From Blepharisma stoltei ATCC 30299 (taxonomy: Eukaryota > Protista > Ciliophora), in contig CBFDEM010000023.1 of the NCBI GenBank assembly GCA_965603825.1, positions 620,001 to 684,000 on the forward strand: 64,000 nucleotides of DNA, in the 5' to 3' direction. Both the position numbers and the translations under genes were made by a program. Shown here in pieces: positions 35,190 to 48,419 of the stretch; within the stretch, counting starts at the first letter, position 1; every line of letters begins with the position of its first letter. The notes beneath the pieces are model-generated. The model did no database searches. It was not told the DNA's origin and was given only the letters and a program-made list of their open reading frames with translations.

Positions 35190-36740
35190 ATTTATTATTA
35201 TTCTATACAATTCCATAATTTGTGCATGCTTTACTATTTATTCAACATTTTACTATTATATTTTAGGTATATTTTGATAATTCTGGAATGCAAATATCTT
35301 CTGTAAATGGTGCTTCTAATATATTTGCTTACAATAAATAAGTCATTTAAAATACAATTAAAAGACTTCGCACGAATAAGTGATATAATCAAAAAGGGTA
35401 GTAGGTATTAATGACAAAATTTTACTCAATTATAAATGCACATTACCCAACAACTTCAATCTGAAGTACGTGCATATTATATATATAGTGTAAATGAAAA
35501 GAGGACGTCATAAGCCTAATATTTCAACTTTTTATTATTTTAAATTAAATTCATCCTTAGACGAGAAGAAGGACAGGCATAGCAATTAATGATAAACATA
35601 ATTAAATCCAATAAGTTTTCTCCAAATGCAATTCATTATATATAAGAAAGATATATGATCTGAATTTTTGTCTGGAGAAGACCTTAAAGCTGAATATGCT
35701 GCTGGTGCATAATTCTTTTTCTAGGATTCAAGAATTTATTTAGTTCGCCTATTGATTTATTCAGAATAAGAACAATTTTAATAGAAATTAAGCATACAAG
35801 CGAAAGAAGGGCAAGTATAACTTTTAGAAATTCCACAGCTTAGATGACATTAAAATTGACTAGAAAATTTAGCTTTCCTAATATTTATTTAGCTTTAGTA
35901 TTAAATATGGCCATTAGTTCGCCAGAATCAATTTTCTTGCACTCAGAAGTTATGTGATTTATAACATTCTTAATTTAAGGATAAAATCTTGGTTTGTTCA
36001 AAACAAATATTTAGATAAGCAATTAGATAAATGGAGCTTAAAGTTCATGCTTTAGCGAAATTATAAAATCTCTTTGACATGAATTTTTGATAAACGAATT
36101 AAGGTATGAAGAAAAATTGAAAATGCATTTTATTAAGTTTTCTTACTCCAAGAATACTTTAATTAGGAAAAAATTTATCAAGATCATTAGCTGGATGCAC
36201 AGACGTCATCTTTATTCTGTGTTCCATATTCCTTTCCTAAAGCCTAAATTTTCTAATAAGATAAACTTTTATTTGATGCCTTTTATATAATAAAATATCC
36301 AGAAAACTCTCCTCTGATTATGCAAAAAAATCTTTTCAATAAAATTTGATGAAATTGACCTATAAATATGATAAAGTGATCATTAAATTTGATAATTATT
36401 TCTTAATAAATATTTGCTTAGTTTTAGGCTACTCTTTAATGTTTATCGCTATTTAGGCGAAAAAATACCTTTAACTATAAATGTAATTCATGTTTCATGA
36501 GTAAAAATTCTTCACAATTAATATTTAACCATCTCATATTGATGCATACAGAATTTAGCGTAGGCTCGCAAAATCGCTATCATACCAACGATTTAAAAGC
36601 CAGAAGTCGCTACTGCGGCTTCATAGTAATATGATAGCATTTTTAATAAAATACATAAATATTAAAAGGTTCAAAGCATATCTTGAACTCGTTTCAATTC
36701 AATTCATCTATAATTTCTAGCATTTAATGCATTATAAAAT

Positions 36741-39700
36741 ATGTCGAAACTAATTCTGTTTTGGTTTCTCTTGCCGTTCTCCCTACTTCAAGCGGTAGAA
36801 CTTGATGATTCAGTTTTAGTCAATGACGGAACAGACGTTTATATCGAATTTACTTTAGTTCCAAAAAGTCACGCCAAAAAGCTAAATCAGCAGTCAAAAA
36901 CAGACACTAAAAGACTTCTTCAGGACAATTCAGAATCCTGTGAAAAAGAAATGATAATTGATGCAACTCTCTTTAAGTTTAGCACTGGATGCTGTCCCAA
37001 ATCTACTTATTTTGATGGGAAAAAATGCATTCCTTGTCCTGATGGATGTGTGGACTGTAAAGATATTACTGGAGAATGTATCAATTGCAGACCTGAGCTT
37101 GCATTAGATGTAGAAATAATTAGGAAGAGTCCTTGTTGCTTGGAAGGGTCTTTTTATAGTGGATCTGGCTGTGAGAAATGTCCTGAAAATTGTTTAAGCT
37201 GTAATAGCACAACCTCATGTGCTCGGTGTCGATCTGAAATGACTGCTGACATTAAAATTAAAAGCAAAAAATCTTGTTGTCCTAAAGGCACATTTTATAA
37301 TGGCTCTGAATGCGCTTCTTGCACTCCTAATTGCTCTGAGTGCGAGGATATAACTCAAAAATGCATAAGTTGTGAGAAAGAAATGGCCTTAGACATAAAA
37401 ATAGCAAATTCTAAGCCTTGTTGTAGCCCTTCGAGCTACTATAATGGAATTAAGTGCATGCCTTGTCCTGAAAATTGCTTGGAATGTGATGATTTTGGAA
37501 TCTGCAAGACTTGTGATAAAGAGATGGATCTTGATATTACTATAAAAGGCAAAGGAAAGTGTTGCCCTAAAGGCCAATTATATAATATCATAGAAAATGA
37601 ATGCAAATCATGCTCGCCAAATTGCCTAGAATGTGAAAAGCTAGGGAGCTGCAGCACTTGTGATAAAGAAATGACTCTTGATCTAGCTATAATTATTCCC
37701 AAAAAATGTTGCCCTCAAGGACTATTTTATGATAAAATTGAAAAAATCTGTAAATCGTGTTCTACTAATTGCTTAGAATGCGAAAAATCTAATGAATGCC
37801 AATCTTGCGATAAAGAAATGACGCTTGACATGATTCTTGTAAGTAGATCAAAATGTTGCCCGAAAGGAAAATTCTATGACTTAGCAGAAAATATATGCAA
37901 AACATGTTTAGGTGGCTGTTTAGAGTGTGAAGGACCAAGTAAATGCAATTCTTGCGACAAAGAGATGACTCTTGATATTGCTATTTCGAATTCTAAAAAA
38001 TGTTGCCTTGAAGGAGAATTTTATGACTCAACTCAAAAAATATGTAAGTCATGCTTACCCAATTGCTCAGAATGTGATGGTGAAAGTGACTGTCAATTGT
38101 GTGAAAAAGAAATGACTGTTGATACAACTATTATAAGCTCAAAAATGTGCTGTCATCAAGGACAATTCTATGACAAAAGCGAAAACGGATGCAAGCCATG
38201 CTCAGATAACTGTTTAGAGTGTTCTGGAAAAGATAAGTGCTATTCTTGTAAAGAAGAGATGACTTTGGACTTAGCCATTAGCAAGACCAAAAAATGCTGC
38301 TCTCCTGGGGAATTTTATGATAAAAAAGAGAAGATATGTAAACCTTGCTCTGCCAACTGCTTTGATTGCGAAGATTCAAATGATTGCAAATCATGCGATA
38401 AAGAAATGACTGTTGACACTACTATTATAAGCTCGAAAAAATGCTGTCCTTCAGGACAATTTTATAGCACTCCAGATCATGAATGTAGGCCTTGCTTATC
38501 CAACTGTTCATTTTGTGATAATCCAGATAAATGCCGATCTTGTGATAAAGAAATGACTCTTGATGCGCAAATTGTCAGCTCTAAAAAATGTTGTCCTGAA
38601 GGAGAATTCTATGATTTTTCTACAAAAGGATGCATCCCTTGTTCAGAAAATTGTTTAGCATGTGAAAATGCAAATGAGTGCAGTTCTTGCCAAAAGGAAA
38701 TGATTCTTGATATTGAAGTATTGGGCATTAAGAAGTGCTGCCCTACAGGCCAATTTTATGATAAAGCTGAAGATTTATGCAAAGATTGCTCAAGCAATTG
38801 TTTAGCATGTGAGGGACAAAGTGATTGTAACTCTTGCGAAAAAGAAATGACTCTTGAAACTCTTATTGTCAGCTCTAAAAAATGTTGTCCGCCAGGACAA
38901 TTTTATGATTCTTCAGGGAAAAAATGTACACCTTGCTCAGATAACTGTTTAGACTGTGATGATCTAAGTGATTGCAAATCTTGTGGCAAAGAAATGACCC
39001 TGGATATAACTCTTACAAGCTCATCAAAATGCTGTCCTAAAGGAGAATTCTATGATTTGGCTGAAAATGAATGCAAGTTATGTTTGGGTAACTGCTTAGA
39101 GTGCGAAGGGCCAAGCAAATGCAGATCTTGCACTAAAGATATGACTCTTGATATAGCGATTGTCAGCTCAAAAAAATGTTGTCCTGATGGTTATTTTTAT
39201 AACTCTACTCAAAACGCATGCCAATGTAGCCCTGGAAATTATTTTAATGGAAGCAAATGTTTGCCTTGCCCTAAAGGTTGTATTGAATGTGAGGATATAA
39301 CAGGAATCTGCAAAGACTGCAGCAATCAAATGATCGTAGATTTGAAAATAAAAAGCTCTAGGTCCTGCTGTTCTTCAAGCCACTACTATGATGGTTTGGA
39401 TTGTCAACCTTGCCAATCAGGCTGTTTAAATTGCAAAGACATATCAGGTGAATGCTATTCCTGTAAGCCAGAAATAGCTCTCGATGTCGCTATTATCAAA
39501 AAAACTACTTGTTGCCCAGATAAGCATTATTCTGATGGTCTTAACTGTCTTCCTTGCGGGATTATGTGTGATGACTGTATTTCAGCTACAAACTGTTCTG
39601 CTTGTGACGACCAAAATTTACAAGAAGTAGATTTGCTTAGCCCAGGGAATTGCAAATGTGTCGGATCTGCTTATTATGATGGAGAAACATGTCAAGCTTG

Positions 39701-42700
39701 CAGCTTTTTGTGCTCAGTTTGCAATGCAACTGAATGCAGCCAGTGCATTGATTCGGCCAATATGATCCAAGATCCATCAAATATTAGTAGCTGTAAATGC
39801 AAGGAACAATTTTATTATGAAAATACTACAAAGCTCTGCCAGCCTTGTATGGAGAACTGTCTTACTTGTTTTGATGCTTCTTCATGCACTCAATGCAAAT
39901 CTGGCTATTATTATGATGGATTTTCATGCCTGATATCAAGCTGCCCTAATGGAACATACATAGAAAATAATACTTGCACGGATTGCATAGCTCCTTGTGC
40001 TACCTGCTATAATTCTTCTTTTTGCTATTCTTGTATAAATCCAGAAATAATGGTATTAAATCCTACATCTGGGGTTTGCTCGTGCCCATCTGGCCAGTTT
40101 TATGACGCTAATTCGCAAGAATGCAGCTCTTGTAAAAGTCCTTGCTCAACTTGTTTTGAGTCTGCTGATTTCTGCTTAAGTTGCATTGACTCGACGATGG
40201 ATTATGATTCAACTTATGGAACTTGCTTATGCCAAGTGTCTAAATATCTGGAATCTGAAAAATGTATTGACTGTGTAAGCCCATGTGAGACTTGTTCATC
40301 ATCGGATTTCTGTTTAAGCTGTGCAGATTCTGCTATGGTTTATGATGAAATATCTGGAGTTTGTGCCTGTCCTGATAAAAAATACTTTAATTATTCTACC
40401 AAATCATGTGAAGATTGTGAAGGAATCTGTGAGAAGTGCTTAAATTCAACATTCTGCCTTACTTGTAAAGATTCTACGATGACTTATAACTCAACTACAG
40501 GGACGTGTAGCTGCCCTTCAAATTATTATTTTAACAAGGATAGCTTATCTTGTCAAAGCTGCCATGAAACCTGTGAGGACTGTTTAGACTCAACTTCATG
40601 CACCTCTTGTATAGACTCTGCCATGAAATATGACAATAATACAAAGCTCTGCACTTGTGGCGAAACTCAATACTTTAACTCAGCAGCAAAAGCTTGCCAA
40701 GACTGTAAAGGTCCTTGTAAGTCTTGCACATCGGAGACATTCTGCACTTCTTGTCTTGATACATCTACCCTTGATATTTCCACAGGAACTTGCTCTTGTT
40801 CTCAACATGAATATTTTAATGCTTCTCTTTCTCAATGTAAAGAATGCTCTGGGCTATGCTCAACCTGTTTATCTGATGCTATCTGCGATTCATGTGTCTC
40901 TAATACCAATCCAATAAATAATGGGATTTGCTCATGCTTAACAGGGTTTTATCTTTCATCCAAAGAATGCTTGCAATGTCCTTCTCCATGTTCTTCATGC
41001 TCTAGTAATACAAAGTGCGACACTTGCAAAAGTCATGCTTATCTTGATTCAACTGACCAGTTTTGTCACTGTCAAACTGGCTTTACGCTTAGCAGTTCTG
41101 ACTCTTCTGGCTACTGCAAAGCAGATTGCAATAGTTATTGCACAGAATGTGACATTGATAATGGAAATAAATGCTCCAAATGTATTACAAATGCAGAGCT
41201 CTCAGAGACAACTTGCTCTTGCACTGAGAACTCCGCTTATGATAGTGCTACTAAAAGTTGTCTTTGCAATAGTGGATATATTCTGTCTAACAGTAAATGT
41301 GTGGCTTGTAAGAAATATCTTTCCCCAACTGATATAAAATCAGCAGATTTCAGCTCGGCATGGACTTATCTTTATGTCTACTTCAACGTCAAACTTGATA
41401 CCTCACTAGATCCAGGCTGTTCCAAAGTATTTGAGGCTTCAACTTATGTTTTACTTGGAAGCAGCCCAATTTGCTCTTGGGCAGATTCCAAGACACTTAA
41501 GGTGGCTCTAGGAACTTATTATGGGCTAAGAACACAAACTATTTACCTTGATGGGACATATCTTGTTAAAGATACCACAGATTCCTGCACAACTGCATAT
41601 CAGCCGCTTTCTATAGCTATTTCATCAACTGCACCACCTTCTCCAATTGCTGTTATTAGTGGCCAAACAAATCTTTACTTAAGCTGTGGGACAGATGCTC
41701 TTGTATATTCTGGCGAAAGATCTCAAATGGGGTTAGGCTCTCCTCTATCTTATAGCTGGTCTGCTCGTATTTCTCCATCTAATAAAAGCCTACTCGATTT
41801 CATAACTTCTCAGAATACTCCTTCTATCTCCATTTCTAGATCATATTTCCCTACATCTGTATCTACCACTTTAGCTGTTACTTTAAATGCAACCAATTTC
41901 CTAGGGTACTCAAACCAAGCATCGCTTACGACCACTATTAATGCAGGCAGCGCTTTGTCTATTATATTTGACCAGGGCAACTCAGTCAGTATGTGGTATT
42001 CCTCATCAAAAACCCTCAAAGCAAAAATCACCTCATATTGCTCCACTTTTACATCCAGCCCTGCTTCCTGGACATGGAGTTATGATACATCTACAAGTCC
42101 TTCTATCAACTATGATGCAATACTTAAAAACGCTAAATCTGATAAATTGACGATCCCAAAAAATACTTTACCTGTAGGAGGGCCATATACTTTTATTGCT
42201 TCTGCTTCACAAGTGAATGCTAATGCTACATTGACTGGAAGTGGCAAGGTTTCTATAACAGTCACTGCTTCACCTTTAATTATTCAGTTGTCGAAGACCA
42301 GCGGTGATGTTTCTCCCAGCGAAGATTATATAATAAACGCTATTGGCTCAAAAGACCCTGATGATCCCAATGGAACCTTAAATTATAAATGGATTTGCCA
42401 AAATAGCGAAGACGAGTCAGACTGTTTAGGAAGTGACGGAGAAATACTGCTAGTTGATGAAACAGCTGCAACTTTGACAATTCCTACAAGTAGGATGGTT
42501 AAAGGAGCCTTATGGGACATTATCTGCACGATTTCAAAAGACACTCGAAGTGCAAGCGCAATGGTAGAAATCAACATTTTGAATATTTCCACTGAAATCT
42601 CTATTGCAATAACCATGACTTTGCAAAAATTCAGTCCTCAGCAAAACATTCAGTTTTCAGCATCTATTAATTCTAATGCTCCTGCTCAAATTCTTTGGTC

Positions 42701-44999
42701 AGAAAAAACAGGTGCAGATATTTCTATTTCTCCGAATTATCTATCATCTATTTCATTCCCATCTAGCTCTCTGATAGAAGGCTCCAGCTATATTTTTACT
42801 CTTACCATCACAATAGACTCCTCAAATCTGCAATTCGTTACTCAGCTGCCAGTCACAGTAAACTCAGGGGCTTCCTGCTCTGGGGATTTCATATTAAGCC
42901 CAAGCAGCGGCACAGCCTTAGTCACTATGTTCAATCTCGGGATTTCTGGCTGCTATGACAAAGATGAGTCAGACTATCCATTAACATATACATATTTCGA
43001 TGCCTGAAATAGCAAACTTTATGTCCTTGGCTATACCTCAGAAACCAATTCTATACAAGCTTATTTGCTTCCTAATAAAAACAGTCTGACTGTCCACGTT
43101 TGTGATAGTCTGAAAACGTGTGCGGATTACTCAACTGAAATAACTACATCAGAATATTCCAGCAGACTGTTACAAACTTCTTCATTAATGGATGCATATT
43201 TGATGAATATAATAGATACTGATAATATTCCATCTACTATAGCCATTTTTTGTAGCTCTGCTACAATTGAGGCTTCTTTGTTTTCTCAGATGTGGAGTGA
43301 CTTACAGAGTTATGTGGAAAATAATGATATTGATGAAAATTTGCTAGGAAGTGTGCTAGGATCGGTCTATGCGATGGCGGGACAGACTAGTTTAGTGACT
43401 ATTGAGATGTTCCAGAGTATGTTTGACTGGCTTGATGGAATACTTTCTGATAATCCTACAGTAGTGCCTACACAAGAAAATATTAAAATTGTTGTAGCTC
43501 TAGTAGATGATTATCTTTTGTATGGGAATTCTACTAATTATGAGGGAAAAGCTTTAGAAGAGTATATAATAGCTGCTGACAAATTCCTATCAACTTGGAC
43601 AGTTGCAGCTACTGCTAACGATTTGGTAACTCAGAGCGCACTAGATGGCTCTCAAAATACAATTCAGACTAAAGTTTTTAAGCATAGAAACTTCCCAAGT
43701 GCAATGACTAATAAAACGATTTCTCTAGGAGAAAATAGGACTGTCTCATTCCCATCTCATTTTAGCTATCCAGATACAGATATTATGAACATCAAGGTTG
43801 ACTATTATAACACCTCAAATGATTATTCAGACGTTGCAGTACTTAGTTTTGCTCAATCTGGAGCTTATAAAAGCTATGCGTTAACAAAATCAGCAGAAGA
43901 GTATGTCCCATTTTCAAGCCAGGATTATCCAGTAACGTTAGAAATGCCGATTTATGACAGTATTGAGGATGGCTATAACTGGACTTGTGTATTTTATAAT
44001 GAAACTGATAAAGACTGGGTATATGATGGCTGTAGCATCAAAGAAATCAAAGAGAAAAGCATCATTTTCGAAGTTTATCATTTCTCTATGTACAAGCTCG
44101 GCCAAACCAAAATCGCAATCCCTGACCTCCCAACCCCTACAGACTCAGAATCATGCCCTCAGAACTATGCTCCTGTCTATATTTTGGCATCTGTGTTTTT
44201 CTTTATTCTGATTTTAATTCCTATAATAATCTTTTTGGACCGGGCTGATCATAAAGAAAAACGCAGCATTAAAGTGGCTCCTGTTAATTCCCCTGCAGAT
44301 CGCAGTTTAGATAATTCTCAACAAAAGAATGATAATCTGCATTTCGGACAAAATACTTTTGTTCAAGATTTAGATGGATCTGTTGAGATAAAGCACGAAG
44401 AAATTGTTGAAAGAAGAGATATTATTCTAGAAGAACCAAAAATAGACGAGAAAATAGAATTAGAGTCTGAGGACGTGTCTAAAACTGAGCTTGCTCTGCT
44501 GTTTGAAGGTCACTTAGTTTTTGGGTTGATATACTATAGAAAAAATTATTCAAGAAAAGCTAGACTATTTGTATTGGGAACTGTTATTGTTTTTGAGCTT
44601 TTCTTAGAAGGGCTTCTGCTGTATGTTTTTGAAAATACTAAGTCAGGATTCTCAGCATCAGCTGAGACTCTGTTTGGAGACTACGAAGGGAAATATTTCG
44701 CTTATATCGTTTTGGCGCTTGGGATTACAATACCTATTGAAATATTCTTAAGCTTGGTGTTTAGCACTAGAAGAATTAAGACTCTAGGCTTGCTTGTTAC
44801 CGTTACTTCAATAGAAATTATCATACTCCTTGGATCACCTATTGGTATTATAATGCTGAGCAACATATTCTGCTCGGAATGGAGTGGATATTGGGCAATT
44901 AGCTTCCTCTACGGAACTCTCTTACAAGTATTTGGATTCGAAACAATTTATATGTGTGTGAGGTATTTTATACTTCAAGCAGTTCCTCGAAATAATTAA
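36741..44999 (+). CDS. Giant polycystin-1/REJ-like membrane receptor (Cys-rich repeats, REJ-like region, GPS motif, ~5 TM), 2752 aa
   Basis: Two ORFs joined through TGA 43005-43007. Signal peptide, Cys repeats, REJ-type motifs (S.DPDD....L.Y.W.C; C.....P.SG.AL.T.F), GPS-like WTCVFYNETDKDWVYDGC...HFSMY, then TM segments. Confidence 0.88.
36938..39590 (+). repeat. About 18 tandem ~49-aa (~147-nt) Cys repeats, consensus CDKEMTLD..I.SSKKCCP.GQFYD...CK.C..NCL.C.....C
   Basis: Counted directly in the translation; bounds approximate. Confidence 0.85.
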
Positions 45000-45231
45000 G
45001 CTAAATACTTTACGAAAAATATCTAAAACAATTAAATTCTTAAAGGACCTAATTTTTCCATATCTAAATCTTTAAAATATTAGATTAATGATAATGAGTC
45101 TCGATCATATCATAAATTTATTATATTAAAAATTTTAAATATTATCTTCCTCATAAAATTCAAAAAGATCTAAAGATACTAAATCCAATAAGCACAATAT
45201 ATAAATATTTAGAAGACAAAGCAAAAATAAA

Positions 45232-45447
45232 TTACACTTTTAAATAATTATTAGAACCATAATCTTGACTTTCATTCAAAAGTCTTTGAATTTCGCATTC
45301 AGAAAGCAGTCCAGCCTGACAAATTTCATCCTCTTCTAAAATCGACATTCTCTCGCTCTGCTCTTTTCCCAATATTTTCTTACCTTTATATACCAACCTC
45401 CAAAAAGCTCCATAGCAGTCATAATTCAAACTTAAACTTCCTCCCAT
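45232..45447 (-). CDS. Small hypothetical protein, 71 aa, possible N-myristoylation (MGGSLS)
   Basis: ATG in an AT-rich context, ending at TAA, 23 nt downstream of the granulin gene. Confidence 0.45.
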   Translation of the reverse strand: MGGSLSLNYDCYGAFWRLVYKGKKILGKEQSERMSILEEDEICQAGLLSECEIQRLLNESQDYGSNNYLKV

Positions 45448-45470
45448 GTTTATTATATAAGCGAATTATA

Positions 45471-46181
45471 TTAATCTTCAAATAAAATGCTTATCCCTCT
45501 CCCGAAATAAAACCCTTTATTTTCCGAACTCGCATCAGCTATTTTTGCCCATTCTCTCCATATATAATTGCTTTTACTTAAAGCATTCACAAGTACCAAT
45601 TTTTCCAAACTTTCATAATTGCTGATTTGGCTAAAGAATTTTTCAAGCTTTGCAAGTCCTGGCCCTAAGGCAGTCGAGCACTCATAATTTGCATGTGATA
45701 AATGAGTCAAAGCTTGGCTTAGCTGCTGAATCGCCAAGTCAAAGTCAAAAGTAGTAACACCTCCAAATGAGTCCAAAGATTCTGTAATTAGAGTTAGGGC
45801 AGAAGATACGTCATTAAAACACTCTGTGACCAACTCGCCTCCTATTTGGCTGCCGAGTCCTTCAAAAAATCCTAATACAAATTCTGCCATTTCGACTCCA
45901 GAGCTTTTTAAGGCTGGCTCTTTGATAAGAATTTCTTTTGTTTGCCCAAGCAATAGGTGGTTTGTGCATTTTTTATGCTTGATATCGCAGACTGGGTAGC
46001 CTAATGGACAACAGTGGCCATCTGAATCAGCACAACAGACAGCTTGTGAAAGAGGGCAACAACCATAGCCTCCGTCTGAACGAGCACAACAGGTTGTCCC
46101 GATCTTGCAAGCGTGGCCATAATCGTCACAAAGGTAATATTTTTGAGCCTGGGCTAATGCTAGAAATGCAAGCAAAAACAT
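45471..46181 (-). CDS. Secreted granulin-domain protein, 236 aa
   Basis: Signal peptide MFLLAFLALAQA; granulin C..C..TCC....YGCCP...AVCC.D..HCCP.G..C....C; C-terminal helical domain. Confidence 0.88.
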   Translation of the reverse strand: MFLLAFLALAQAQKYYLCDDYGHACKIGTTCCARSDGGYGCCPLSQAVCCADSDGHCCPLGYPVCDIKHKKCTNHLLLGQTKEILIKEPALKSSGVEMAEFVLGFFEGLGSQIGGELVTECFNDVSSALTLITESLDSFGGVTTFDFDLAIQQLSQALTHLSHANYECSTALGPGLAKLEKFFSQISNYESLEKLVLVNALSKSNYIWREWAKIADASSENKGFYFGRGISILFED

Positions 46182-46912
46182 TTTTATTGATATGAAAAAT
46201 AGGAGAAGAATGAGAATTCGCAATGCAAAGAGAGGAAGAAAGCTATTCATGAAGAGAGCGAAAAATCAGGATTAAAGGAGAATTTTTTAAGCAACAAAGA
46301 CTTGGTGAAATTATTCATAAATCCAAAATGAACATGATGAATGAAAAACAAGAAAATTTTTATTTGATTATTTTTCAAGTATTTTATCTTTGAATGGTAA
46401 ATTATTGCAAAATTGGATCTGCCAAGTGAAATTTCCAGGTAAATAAAAATTTTAAAAATTATCTTAATTAATATATGCGCGAAATACTTTAAATTGTATT
46501 GTTCTATATTATTAGAGTTATGAAAAATTGATTTGCAAAGATGAAAAGATTTTGCTTGCTTTTATTAAAGTTCCATTTATATAATAATTTTATTCTAATC
46601 ACACTTTTGGCTCTGTTGACCAGGATCAGCTCTTTATCTATTCCTTAAAGCAGTGCCTACATTGATCCTCTAATCTTTTCATACTAGTTATTCTAGCGTG
46701 ATTATTCCTTTAGGAACATATATTAACCAGAATAATAAACTTTCTTTGCTTAGATCTCTGCATAATCTAAAAACAGAACTAGGTCAAATTTATTATATGC
46801 AAGAATTGTTTTTCTTGCTATATTTAGTTAACTACTTGGAAACTAGAAAGTTGGACTATTAGGATTTATGTGCTAAATTTACTATAAGCCCATTAATTTT
46901 TCCATGAGTTAA

Positions 46913-48151
46913 CTATAAACTTATATTTAATTGCGTAGTCATTAGTTTCAATAGCAATTTTTGCATTTTTGTGTAATGATATAATACAATTTTCCTTTCT
47001 TCTTTTAGATATTTTACTATTTCCCTATAAATTTGATCTTCAGTATACTCCTCTTTCTCAAATTCTTTGTCTCACCTTACAAAATCTCTGAAAATCTTCA
47101 TATAGCTCTTCATACTTTCAATTAAGCTTTTTTTGCTTTCTTTTCCTTCTGATTCTGAAGGCAAATCTTCAAAAAAATCTTTTAAATTCACAATTTTTTT
47201 AACTTCTTCTCCTGATTTTTTTACTCTTATAGCCTTCAATAAATTAGCATTAATTTCATTTCTTTTGATCTTATATATGCATTTCCCCGCGGTCCACTCC
47301 TCCAAGCATGATTTTTCATCTCCAAGTTCATATTGGAGGTAATCATAAGGATTATTTTCTACAGCAAATCCATAAAACATAAGCAGCATTATATTTTTAT
47401 CCTTTCTCCCATAACTTCATACAAATTCTTCATTTTCTGCAAAATTTCTTTCAGCTCTCAATATCAGTTCTCCTCCTAGTCCTACTTTGTAGCCGGACCA
47501 AAACTTTTCAACATAGCTTGGGTCGTAATTCGCTAGATCAAGAATAGGTGCTATTAAAAGCTCTTCAGTATTATTGACATTGTAAAGAAAAGCTCTAGAA
47601 AGAATCATCGATATTCCTCATTTTCAATTTTCAATTGAGTGCATACATGATGACAAAATTTGATGAGATTGGAGAATTTTGATATAAGATGAATAATCAC
47701 TAAGAAAAAATGGGTCATTTAAGGGAAATTCAAAGGAAAATTTATGATTTTTGAGGAAATTTCAATGGGTTTTATTCCAGAATGGAAAATTTGGGAGGAA
47801 AGAAGGGAAAGATTTAATGTATCGGGTATGAGTGTCAGTGTTTATTGAGCAATGATAGTAAATAAGCTTTATTATAAGCTGGGAATCTCGGGATAAACCT
47901 TGAAATACATTCGTGCATGGTATATCAGAAAAGGAAGAAATAGATAAAGACTTGGGGATTTCTATTACTGTTTCTCCTAAATTAAATGATTTTTTTGCAT
48001 ACAATCCGTATCCTTTATCTTGAGTTCAATCTAGTTCTAAATTTCGTGTATATAGTTTTAATAGGTCTTCATAAAACTCGATTATAGACTCTGATAGAGA
48101 GATTATGCTGACTAGTGAGGGTAAAATGAAAAATATCGTGATTATCCTCAT
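46913..48151 (-). CDS. SET-domain (Rubisco LSMT/SETD3-like) methyltransferase with a hydrophobic N-terminus, 412 aa
   Basis: Three ORFs share one frame and join through TGA; KGYGLYAKK...GETVIEIP, ILSRAF, PILDLANY, and SYG....LL.FYGF...NPYD; ends at TAG 46913-46915. Confidence 0.85.
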
Positions 48152-48419
48152 TTGAAGCAAAATTTAATTTATAAATATGGATTAAAGCTGACTATGAAAT
48201 ATCCAATTTATATTGTCTTTCAAAATAGAGATTGATGATAAGAAAAACATTCCAAAAAATATAATAATAGCCACCTAAAACAATATTGATTTTAATTCCC
48301 TTTTCCCTAAAGCAAAATAAATATAACTTGCACTTTAAAAAGTAATTTTCCTAAAAAATTAACTATAGAAAAAAAATCCATTATTTATAATTTACGAGAC
48401 TTTAATGAAGCAATTCTAT

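Noticed and set aside
36087-36290. 67-aa ORF
   Set aside because: Non-ATG start and AT-rich intergenic composition.
36938-39590. Regular ~147-nt repeats as a CRISPR-like or non-coding array
   Set aside because: They are degenerate, in-frame protein repeats in a eukaryotic gene.
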